DNA from: Bugula neritina
Lineage: Eukaryota > Animalia > Bryozoa
Direction: 5' to 3'
Assembly: GCA_964035545.1 (NCBI GenBank)
Contig: CAXIUT010000005.1
Coordinates: 1 to 25,619, forward strand
DNA: 25,619 bases
This document shows, piece after piece, positions 10,720 to 21,411 of this stretch. The notes beneath the pieces are model-generated. The model was given only the letters and a program-made list of their open reading frames with translations, ran no database searches and was not told where the DNA came from. Numbering within the stretch: position 1 is the stretch's first letter; each line of letters begins with the position of its first letter. A program made the position numbers and the translations under genes.

Positions 10720-13700
10720 ATGTAAGATATATCTCTGCTTCCCTCCTGGGATCCAGAATAACATACTGCCGCTCTACTCAAAACCCCCCTAGAACAAAAA
10801 ACACTCAAAACAAAACTAGATAAAATCTATCAAATCAGTTCCTACAATGAACTCGAATACGTTGACTAAGTTCTCGACGCATATATCTGGATCAGATTAA
10901 CTCATTAGTATCCAGAATCAGAAAAGTTTTTTGCCACTGAAAAAGCCCACAAGTGGTTCTTCTAGGAATTCATCAGCACATCTATCCGCTACATGATCAT
11001 ATGCCGAAGGTTCCAGAATCTAGTGATGATGGTCCTCACTCAACAAATGATGGTTGAAGCTTTAAAACTCTATTCTAAAAGATTCGACTTGCTGGACAAA
11101 TACCCAAAAACAAACAATATCCTAAAAATAGTGTTCGAATTCGATAAACAATTCTACAAACTCAACTACATCAACAACCACCTCCACCTACCCACCAGTC
11201 CATCATCATAAACCCTATCAAATAATGATGATTTCATTGCCACTTTAAAACCTGACATGAAAGTTGATATTATCAAAATAGATCCTCACTCTAGAAGGTT
11301 TTCTTGGCTGCCTGGTCTTATCAAAAAAATAACATCTATCAATGTACATGTAGTACCATAAAATGATAAAACTATCTATCCTTTTGAAAAGAAAATGATG
11401 TATGTCTATCCCCATGGCTCCATGAAAAACAAATATTAATGGAGATATACCCTCGCTAAGGGAGATAAAGTTGATTTCCAAGATAATAGGTCTTGTTGGG
11501 TCGAAGCTACTGTCAGCGATATCAGAGCTGAGTAACTAGATCCATAAGGACAACATGTTGAGTTGTAGCTGTCCTGGGATGAACAGAGCTAGTGGATTGG
11601 ACAGTGTGATACAAGAATACAAGCCCATGGGACTTTTTCTAATGGACCTTGCAACATATCAAGAGGAATGGCATAAAGCTATCTCGATGATTTCAATGAT
11701 ATGCTTCTAGATCCATAAATGAAAAGTATTGGAGTAATCAGATATGAATACTGTCGCTCATAAATGCTGATAGAACTTATCAATTATGTCAACAAAGATT
11801 TGAATCTCTTTGAAAGAGTACTAGAAGCTATTCAAAATAGAAAATTTGGAATTGAAGCCACAGCTGATCTAGTTGCCTGCATTTCACAGTTACATCCTCT
11901 TTTGCATCGGAAATTTGCTTTAAGTTATCTCAGTAGGATGTCTGAAGTACTCTTGGAATATGTTACTAAAGCTGATGATATTACTATAAGAAACTTCACC
12001 AAATAGAGATTTGAATCAGTTAACAGTGCATTGACTGAGTTCCTAAAAAGAGTAAAATCTTCAGCTCAAAGAAAAGCAGTCTGTGAATAACTCCAACTAT
12101 GTCTATCAATCAGATTCCTTGAATCAGACTTTTTAGATAGAAAGCTCTATGCTGTTACAATCATAACTAGTTTATTGAAACAAAGTAAGCACAAGGCACT
12201 TAAGCGATCTTTCGATGAGTTGATTGATTGGATCAGAGATAAGAAGGTACTAAATTGTATTTATAATTAGAAATCACATTCTTAGTTGATTTCTCGATCA
12301 GCAGATCTACTTCAATATTTCTTACTCTCACATCCTACTTTTGATTAGTTGTTACCTCTTTTAGAATGGAACTAATATATTCTTAAGTTGTTGAATGAAT
12401 GCTACTAATACTTCCCTGAAAGTTTCAGATAGTAGCTAGTCAAAAGAATAAAATCAAGAAAAAACGTCAAGAATAAAGATGCCATAGATATAGTAAAGAG
12501 GACATTGGGATGTGAGTTATGGTTATTATAAAATGGCGGATAATGTTGGGTTTCAGTAATAAGAGATAAAATGAAAAGAAAAGCTGATATAGCTTAGGTA
12601 TTCAAATGTCCATTTCCTGTTGTTGATAAAATAACAAAGTAAGTTTCACAAATTAACTAATGTAAATTCAGAACCTAATATTTCTTATTACTACATGAAG
12701 CTAACTATCTATCTATTGTACTTAAAAATTAAAATCTACCATTTCTGGAAAGAGTACAATTTGCTGCCTTAGCTATTGAACCTTTCTCTAAAATTAAAGA
12801 TTAACTCTTCCAAGCCCTAGCTCCTTATACTCTCAAAATTGATTAACTACCTATTTAGGCACAAAATTTCTTTATCTCAGTATTGCCTAAAATAAGTTCT
12901 CAAAATGTATCACAACTATTCAAAGAAAACTTCAGTTAATAATAAAAACTAAAAAGTATGGGTAGTGGTCAATTCGAATTATTCAAAAGTTGTTTCCTTA
13001 GAGTTAATGAAGAAGAACGTCTGATAGATCGAAGAATAGTTAGTGTATATCCCACTGCTCATTCTTATCGTAAATAAAGAAAATAAATTTTGACTATTAA
13101 AGCTAATCCTAATCAATTGATGGGTATGAGTGAGTTGATGATTGTTGTTTTTGGAAGTGCCAATATGAAAGTCACACAACTTAGTTTATAATTTATTGGG
13201 TTCTTGTTTTAACATCTATCGCCTTAACTCGCTTCTAGTGTGCTTACTTTTAGAACTACTTTTCTTGAAAATTGTCTCAGTAAGTTGTATTAATCAACTT
13301 CTCATCAGTAAAAATATCTCAGAATTATCGAAGGTATCCTTGATTAATCATAAAAAGCAGGTATTGATGCAGAACCATCAGTTAGTTCACTATTCATTAC
13401 TCAAAGTTTAACTCTCAAGTTAGTTGATCACTTCAATGTTAATAAATCAAGATCATTGCTTGAAGTATCAGCCAGTTTAACTCTCCATTAACTTAGAGGA
13501 TAGATCTCAAGACATCTAAATGCATATCCTCATGAAGTCAAATTGCTATTAGGAGATAAATAACTTGATCCAAGAATGAATGGAAGAGTCATCCACACTT
13601 TAGGTTTAACTAATATGTAGCTAACAGCTGAAAAAAGAGTAAGTGTTGATAAAGTAAATCTAACTGAGACGGATGGTAGTTTAACTGAAAAGTGCAAAGA

Positions 13701-16700
13701 CGTTCTTAAAAGAATATTCAGATAGTTTAGTCAGATGGGATTGATGAGCAAACCTCAATGTCAAAAATATCATCAACGTTGTGTAGGATAGGTAAGTTCA
13801 ATGAGTGAAAGTAAGGTAGATAAAATCTATTAGAGCTACGATACTGATAAAGATGGATATTTAACAGAAGATAATTTCTTATCATTTTATGCTCATTCTG
13901 CAAAAACAAGATAAAGTACAGTTTGGAATAATCTTGAAACTTTTGGCATCAGAAATGATCTAGAAGATCTTACTCAACTTGATATCGAGTATCCTAATCC
14001 AGATTCTTTGATAAGACATCTTCTATTCAATAACAAACATTTCATGTCTCTGCTCATTAAACTTTTGCAAAGCGATGATGATAAATTAGCACTGACTGCT
14101 TGGAGAGTTGCAAGTCGATTGCCTATACTTCCTTCTGAGACTTTCTTTGCATAAAATGGAAATATAATGAAACCTTTGCTTTTCAGATATTGGCTTTTTG
14201 AAGTTATTTCCAGTAGTAGCTGGTAACTACTAAGTGCTGAAGTACTTGAACGCATTTTAAACTCATAAATATAGACAACATGTATTGGTCTTAGAGCAGC
14301 TATCAACAGTCCTAACTTCTAAGCTTAAACTTTTGACAAAATATTGAATAACTTGAAGAAATTAAATATTCACAACCAGCTATCATTCCATTCTCAGGTA
14401 GTTCTTGACAATACATTGAGGATATTATAGTGGTTATTGAGGGAAAATGAGGGAATAAGAAAGTACTATTCTTAGAAATATTCATAATATGCTCCATTAT
14501 TGGCTGCAGGCCTGATGAGTAAAAATATGGTAATAAGAAAGATGTATTGCTAGGCTGTTAAAAATATATTAGTCTAATCTGCTTCGAACCATATTGAAAT
14601 ATTTGAACCATTCTTTATGTTGGTTTATGGTAATTTCTAAAAATGTGATAAATCAACTCTATCCTTCTAATACTTTGATCTTTACTCAGAACTGCTATAA
14701 ATATTGAAATTGCATCAATAATTGCTACCTAAATTAGAACTCAACTGGTTGATTCTTACACAAAGCATGATTTCTCTCTTTTTGGCTCATAAATCAACTG
14801 AAGCTGGCCTGAATTCTCCTCCAGATCAAGTTGCCCAGGGATATCTTCGCATTCTAAGAAAAATGTTAAATGATAACACTTTACCTCACATGGTTCCTTT
14901 GGTTAAATTTTTATTCCAACATTCTTTGTTCCCTGATTCAGGTCAAAACAAATTAAAAAATAGTAAATCAAGAAAAGAAGGTTATTAACTCTTACATACT
15001 ATTTGTGACATGCGTGACGGAGATGGTGATTCCCCAGGATTGAAAGAACTATTTTCCGCAGGTTTCAAAAGTGTATACAAGAAGATGTCGTCAAATAAAA
15101 CATCAAGTTACAGTTTCTCATATTTCTATAGCTACAACTAGGCTCGTTCTTAGCTAGGTTATGCAGGAATACGTAATCTTGGTTGCATATGCTATATGAT
15201 ATCAATGTTACAGCAACTATTCATGACACAATCTTTCAGAAGTCTAGTTATGATGGCATAAGATGGCCAGCCTGAATGTTTAGTAAAGAAAGGTACAAAA
15301 GAAGTAGATGATAATTTGTTCCATCAACTACAAAATCTATTTTCTAACTTGACTCTAACATAAAGACAAGAGTACAATCCTGATTAGTTTTGTTTTGCTT
15401 TCAAAGATACAGATGGACAACCAGTCAATGTCTCAATTCAACAAGATGCACAATAGTTTTTAAACATTTTCTTTGATAGAATATAGACTCCATTGAAGGA
15501 AACTCCCTTCAAACATATAGTTGAAGATATATTTGGTGGAAAGACATCAAATCAAACCCAATGTTCGAATTGCAAAGCAATAAACTAAAGATTATAAAAC
15601 TTTTATCCTTTATCTCTATAAATAAAAGGCATAAAAAGTATTTACGAATCATTGACTAAATTAATTCAAGGAGAAGTAATATCAGATTATCAATGTGATG
15701 CATGTAATAAGAAAGCAGATGTAACAAAGAGTTGTTTGATATCAAAGGTACCTAACTATTTTATAATCCATCTTCAAAGAATATGTTTTAACTATGATAA
15801 ATTCTAAAACTAAAAAATCAATTCTAAATTTTAATTTCCACAAAATCTTAATGTCTACAATTATACTACAGATAAACAAAAAAATAAAGGCAATGCTGAT
15901 GATTATTAATTTACATTAAAAGGTATTGTACTACACTATGGCAGTGCATAATTTGGACACTATTTTAGTTATATCAAAGAATCTTAAAATAAATGGATCT
16001 AATTCAATGACTAAAGAGTTCGATAATTTGATCCTAGTGATATTTAGGCTGATTGTTTTGGTGGATAAAATTGGAGAAGGTAAAGTCAAAGCGCTTATCT
16101 ATTAGTTTATTAGAAAGTTAAAAAAGTACCACTCAGATTATAATTTAATTCAACTTAACAATAAAATACTATCATGAGGAATTTTGGATTAAAAGATGCC
16201 ATCTATGTTCCACCTCTCAAAATGGAAGAATAATAAACAAGAAATTAGTTCAATGAGTAACTTCTATAAAAAGAAAAGATGGTTTAATAGAAATAAAAGT
16301 AAATCGAGAAGGGATAGTAAAGCTAGAATAAATAAAAATAAGCATAAAAGAAGATAATAGTAGAATTAGATCCTAATATCATACCAACATATATATCAGA
16401 ATAGCAACAAAATAAAATATCAAAAGCTAATGAATAATTCAGTTTTACTCTCAATTTGTCTAATGATTAATTTGCACATTTCCTACATAAAGTATTAACC
16501 ATTGATCCGCCTTAACAACTGACTACATAATTTTTATAATTATGCTATGAATGTTTCAACCTTAGAACTATGGTCGATGATGGCTAAGGTCTTAGTTTGT
16601 CTGAATGGGCAGCCAGAAGGTTCAAACAAATTATTGGAGGTCATGGCTGGGAGTTTCTTAAATCTTTTGGACAAAATTGGTAAGCAGATATCCTATCAAT

Positions 16701-18402
16701 TGAACGATCTACCAGAGTTGGTGTTAAAAATTTGTTACAATGCGTTATCACTGATATCATCAAAACTGCTCAAAAAGAAGAGGATTCAACTGAAAAAGAT
16801 CAACTTGTTAAAAACTTCCTATAAAAATATACTCTTATGTTGAACAGTGAAGTAGGCAAGAACTGGACCCGCTTCCGTGAGTATTTCTAGGTATGGATAA
16901 CTCTTATCCAAGATTCTTCAACAGTTCAACAATGGTGTTCAGACATAAAAATGGTATAAAGACTATTAGATTTCATAATGTAATAATATTCACCTTTTTC
17001 TAGAGGACATAAAAGATTTTCATTGAGAAATATGCATTATGGAGCATAATTCGAATATCCCTTGGAAATGTTGACATTATTACTTAAATAAAATTATCAA
17101 GTATCTGATGGATAAAAGAAATGTATGAGACATTATGCCTTCATGGAAAAAGCTATCAAATATCCTACCGATTTGAACATGGTTTAATATCTATGTAAAA
17201 ATGATCGCCCACTTTCATAAAAATTTGCTTATCTCATCTTAGTTTAAACAAGTAAAGTGACTCAAAGTGACGAAGTAAAACCAATTATTTCTACTATCCA
17301 TCGTTTTGTTGAGATAAAAGATTAATTCCAAGAGATGAGACTTAGCTGGCTAATCGGATTCCCTCAAGCAGTCTAGAATCCTAGAACTACATCATATGGT
17401 ATCTATGGCATTTACCCTGATCAAGATACTATCGTCAACTTCATTTCACCCATAAGAGGCCAACCACTGACCCAACAACTTATTAAATTCAAAAACAAGA
17501 TGCAACATGTAGCAGCTTTACTCTTCTCGATGTTTTTGCAATTATAAGCCGATGGATTTATTTAAAATCTTGATAGCTATCCAGGCATTTTTGCATTTGC
17601 AACCAATTTTACATGTTGGGGACAACAATTTGTCGATTCGTATTTTGAAGATACACATCGATCATATACGACCAAGTATTATACTTAGTACGGAGATAGG
17701 TTGAAGGCTTTGTGGGAGGGAAGACCTGGTCGACCTTATGAGAAATATCCTTTGTATTTGGTTGGAAAGACTGTATCTAGAGAGACAGTTAAAGAAGTTC
17801 AAGCTAGTGAGCTATTATAAGTAGAGTATATTGATATAACTTCTAAGATATTACTAATGACATAATAAAATTCATTTTTGAATAAGAGAAATATAAAGAA
17901 CTTTGCTGGTAGTTAAGATTTCAAGGTGAAATTGAACAGTCCTTATGGAGGTGCAGGATATCTTAACATCAATATTGATCGTAGTAATCTATCTAGTGAT
18001 GATGAATAGCCTCAAGACAAGCCATCTAACAATCCTTTTGATAAGGTATTCCAAGGCATACTATTTCGTCGCATTGTTATCAAAAACTTATCATGTTAAA
18101 ACCTTTTGATGATCGGTACAATTAAATCAACAGCTCCTAAACCTAACTTTGAACCAGCTAATATCTAGACTAGTTTCTAGATCAAGGGAGAATCATCATT
18201 TGTTATTACTCTAAAGAAACACAATATTGAGTAACCTTTGGGTGATTTGACATTGTAGTTGAAGATGCTAGGAGCAGCTACTAAGGAAGGATACTGGCCA
18301 AGACAGCTGATAACTGAAATACCACAGCAAGCGCATAATTAAGAAGAAGGAGATAGTTCTGACAACGAACAAGAACCATCAACCAATTCATGGACTATCT
18401 GA
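10720..18402 (+). CDS. Large ubiquitin-specific protease (peptidase C19, USP9X/USP24/USP34-like), 2560 aa, intronless
   Basis: Single 7683-nt frame ending in TGA. Cys box GIRNLGCICYMISMLQQLF (catalytic Cys 15190-15192), QQDAQEF, two CxxC pairs, His box LKGIVLHYGSAEFGHYFSYIK, KWIEFND and SAYLLVYE. Confidence 0.95.
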
Positions 18403-18468
18403 TCGCATATAATTAAATTGCCTTTTATACAGCCTTTTGCATTTATATCAATATTATCTTTATCATAT

Positions 18469-18551
18469 TTGGGGTTGGGGTTGGGGTTGGGGTTGGGGTT
18501 GGGGTTGGGGTTGGGGTTGGGGTTGGGGTTGGGGTTGGGGTTGGGGTTGGG
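18469..18551 (+). repeat. Internal telomeric tract 1, (TTGGGG)n
   Basis: Perfect G4T2 array of 83 nt, 66 nt after the USP stop, ending TTGGG one base before the first tRNA-like gene. Confidence 0.93.
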
Positions 18552-18552
18552 A

Positions 18553-18654
18553 GACACTGTGGCCGAGCGGTTAAGGCGTATCATTTTAAAAACGTATTCA
18601 ACCTTTTGGATGATAACTTAAAAAAGTGCGTGGGTTCAAATCCCACCAGTGTCT
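18553..18654 (+). tRNA. Class II tRNA-like gene 1 with a 27-nt anticodon loop/insert (nominal anticodon UUA; identity uncertain)
   Basis: Acceptor GACACTG/CAGTGTC, A box TGGCCGAGCGGTTAAGGC, anticodon stem TATCA/TGATA, variable arm ACTT/AAGT, T arm GTGGG-TTCAAAT-CCCAC, then a T5 run (18654-18658). Confidence 0.8.
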
Positions 18655-18785
18655 TTTTGACATCATCTATTCATCATATCTATAATCCAAATATTAGTAA
18701 TTATAGACTGTAAAGCTAAGCAAAGAATATATATTTTTGATGGTTAGCTGAGATAGAGTTAAAAATAAGAGAAAAAAGTAAGGAA

Positions 18786-18899
18786 GACACTGTGGCAGAG
18801 CGGTTAAGGCGTATCATTTAAAAATTAACAGAAGAGGGCTGCAAAGCTTTTAGATGATAACTTACAAAAGTGCATGGGGTTCGAATCCCATCAGTGTCT
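18786..18899 (+). tRNA. Class II tRNA-like gene 2 with a 38-nt anticodon loop/insert (nominal anticodon UAA)
   Basis: Same body as gene 1. T stem ATGGG(G)/CCCAT has a compensatory pair plus one extra G, the D stem has one mismatch, T5 run at 18899-18903. Confidence 0.75.
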
Positions 18900-19023
18900 T
18901 TTTATCTATCTTTAACTATTTAGATAATTTATCCATTCTTTTTAAAATAGATTAAAGAAAGATTTATCATTTTTTATGAAAACCAAAAAGTATTTTTGTT
19001 TACTTGATAAACTATTATGGGAA

Positions 19024-19135
19024 GACACTGTGGCCGAGTGGTTAAGGCGTATCCTTTCGAAATAAATCGATGAAGGCTGTCCGCGCCCAATTGGATAGCT
19101 TCAAAAGTGCGTGGGTTCGAATCCCACCAGTGTCT
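19024..19135 (+). tRNA. Class II tRNA-like gene 3 with a 38-nt anticodon loop/insert (nominal anticodon UCG)
   Basis: Same body. Anticodon stem TATCC/GGATA (compensatory change), variable arm GCTT/AAGT, perfect B box GGTTCGAATCC, T5 run at 19135-19139. Confidence 0.8.
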
Positions 19136-19198
19136 TTTTAATCAATATTAAATCTTCTCAATAAAACATAATTTTTTACCAAAAACAACTATGAAATA

Positions 19199-19951
19199 TC
19201 ACTGAGTCCAACTCCACATTAACAGGGCGCCAAATCCTATCATTCCTCCGACAAATCCAAATACATATGCATATAGAATAATCTTATTCTTCTCTCCAAT
19301 ACACTTTCCAATCCACAGACAATGATGACTGAAATCTTAGCAGCAAAGATTGCATATTTAACAGTGATAAGTCAAGTTGTCAACATGCGTGCTGCATATT
19401 TTGCAAAGAGTTGAAGATGATTGAGCGCTATTGGAAGAACGAGGTTGAGTGTATCCTGGGTTCGAGAAGCATAGGATTGTTAGGAAAGTTACCTGGTAGA
19501 TCATCCAGATTAGGCAGTAGTAAATTATGATCTCATCTACTCCCAATAAACACTGCAAATATACCAAATTAGATTTTCCACTAAAATTTTTAAAGCCTAT
19601 ATTGTCATTATTGCTATTTTTGCAATTCGGCTGGATCTTTGGCAAGATGACCATACCCAATGTTCCTGTTAATACTACACAGATGCTCAAAATAAATGCC
19701 AAATTGCCCAGATAGTATTTATACCATCCTTTTTGAAGTGTCATCCTTGGAATCATGGTGTCTTTATGCGAGAAGAGAGGTATGACTGTTCCCCAATGGA
19801 TAGATGGTTGTTCTGGAATGCTGGCAGCTGTTGGAGGAGCAGTAGATAGGTTGGAGGAGACTGGCATGCAGTACTAGAGTTTTTAACTGGGATCATGTTC
19901 AGGAAATTCTCCTTGTATTTCTTCCGAATGGATTGAAGGACGTTTAAACAT
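19199..19951 (-). CDS. DHHC-family palmitoyltransferase-like protein with an SHHC variant motif, 250 aa
   Basis: Two N-terminal TM segments, SNPG motif, Cys-rich domain CKICSTHVDNLTYHCEICNLCCEDFSHHCLWIGKCIGEKN, then one TM segment and TGA. Confidence 0.85.
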
Positions 19952-20007
19952 TTTTAGAAATCGAATATGAGTAAATCAAGAAATAGGTATAATATTAAAA
20001 TTTAAAT

Positions 20008-20097
20008 GGGGGTTGGGGTTGGGGTTGGGGTTGGGGTTGGGGTTGGGGTTGGGGTTGGGGTTGGGGTTGGGGTTGGGGTTGGGGTTGGGGTTGGGTT
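20008..20097 (+). repeat. Internal telomeric tract 2, (GGGGTT)n
   Basis: About 90 nt G4T2 array between the divergent DHHC-like and arrestin start codons; the last unit is GGGTT. Confidence 0.93.
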
Positions 20098-20111
20098 ATA
20101 ATTTAAAAAAC

Positions 20112-21263
20112 ATGGGTTCTTCTTTGAACAACGACTCAAGTGTTCAGATCTTCTTGACTACATCTAAAAGGATGTACTATGCAGGCTAGACAGTAGAAGG
20201 AGCAGTCCATATCAACTGCACAGACAACAGACTTTACCATACTCTACGCCTCAGAATTTAAGGAAGATAGTAAGTCCATTGGACCGAGCAACATGGATCA
20301 GGAAAACATAGGCGTACAGTCCACTACCGCAACAGCAAAGATACTTACTTCCACTAATTTGACTTGGCCAAGTTTCCTGGTGGAATACAACTAGGTCATT
20401 ATAGTTTTCCTTTTACCCTGCAACTACCAACAGCCTTTCCTTCTAGCTTCAAATACAATGTAAGTAACTACATTCAATACTATCTATCTCCTTACTTGCC
20501 TGGATACGATGGAGACAGTAGAAATCAGATGTTTAGAAAATCTTTACATATAAGATAACCAGTTAGAGGAACAGGATAGAATGTTAAAGGAGATGGTTAT
20601 AGTTAATCTTTATGCTGTGGATGTTGCTGTAGTGGAGGTATCGTTAATTTGCAATTGCTAATAGATCAGAATCATCTTGAATACAACAAAACTTTCAGGG
20701 TAATGGGAGTAATAGATAATTCAAGTAGTCAGTCTCCAATCAAGAACTTTAAAATTACAATTCGATAAAAAGTAAAATTAATAGCAGCTGGAGGCAAACA
20801 AAGAAATTATTCTAATGATACTCTTATCTATGACTCTTTGAAAGGAGTTTAGATAGGCATGAAGGATTAGTTCAATAGCTAAGTTATTGTCCCTCCTTAG
20901 GTTTTAGGTTACACTGCTATTGGTAGCATCATATCCAGATCATATTGTCTTGCATTGATAGCTGAGGTTAAGTGTTGCTATACTAATCCTCAAATAGAAG
21001 TACCAGTCGTTTTAAATTCAATTAACTAGCCTTAATTCTAAGAAAGTGAACAACAAATGCCTCCCGATCTATGGAATCCAGTCGTTGCTCAACCTCTATC
21101 TTTTGTCAATTTGAAACCTTACATCTACCAACCAATGCCAGGAATAGGAGTGAAAAATCAGGAAGGAATGGCAGTGATGGGTCAAAACTAGATGATGCAC
21201 CAGATGCCAGGAAATAATATGATGTAACAAGCTGAGATGACCAATAATTATATGGGATATTGA
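20112..21263 (+). CDS. Arrestin-domain (alpha-arrestin-like) protein 1, 383 aa
   Basis: Arrestin_N motifs YYAGETVEGAVHI, IEGREEVHWTE and GHYSFPFTLQLPTAFPSSF; N-terminal MGSS; CCGCCC cluster. Confidence 0.88.
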
Positions 21264-21411
21264 TCACATCAATTTAATAATATGATTAATTTTATAAAAA
21301 ATTATTATTAAATAAAATTCGTGAAATGAACCTCATATCTGAAGATATTTTTTTTTATTTTATCAAAGACATTATCAAAGATTAATTGATTGGTCATTAT
21401 ATCTAAATTCT

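Noticed and set aside
10720-18402. Standard ciliate code (TAR=Gln), or a split code with TAA=Lys and TAG=Glu
   Set aside because: Both codons align with conserved Glu positions and with GAA/GAG in paralogs.
18339-18621. PNPNPN and GLGLGL low-complexity ORFs
   Set aside because: They are translations of the internal telomeric repeat.
19066-19075. ATCGATGAAG in insert 3 resembles a conserved 5.8S rRNA motif
   Set aside because: Only about 10 nt, in sense orientation, with no flanking similarity; compatible with chance.
18553-19139. CRISPR-like reading of conserved repeats with variable spacers
   Set aside because: Eukaryotic context, no cas genes, and the conserved parts fold as tRNA cloverleaves with Pol III A/B boxes.
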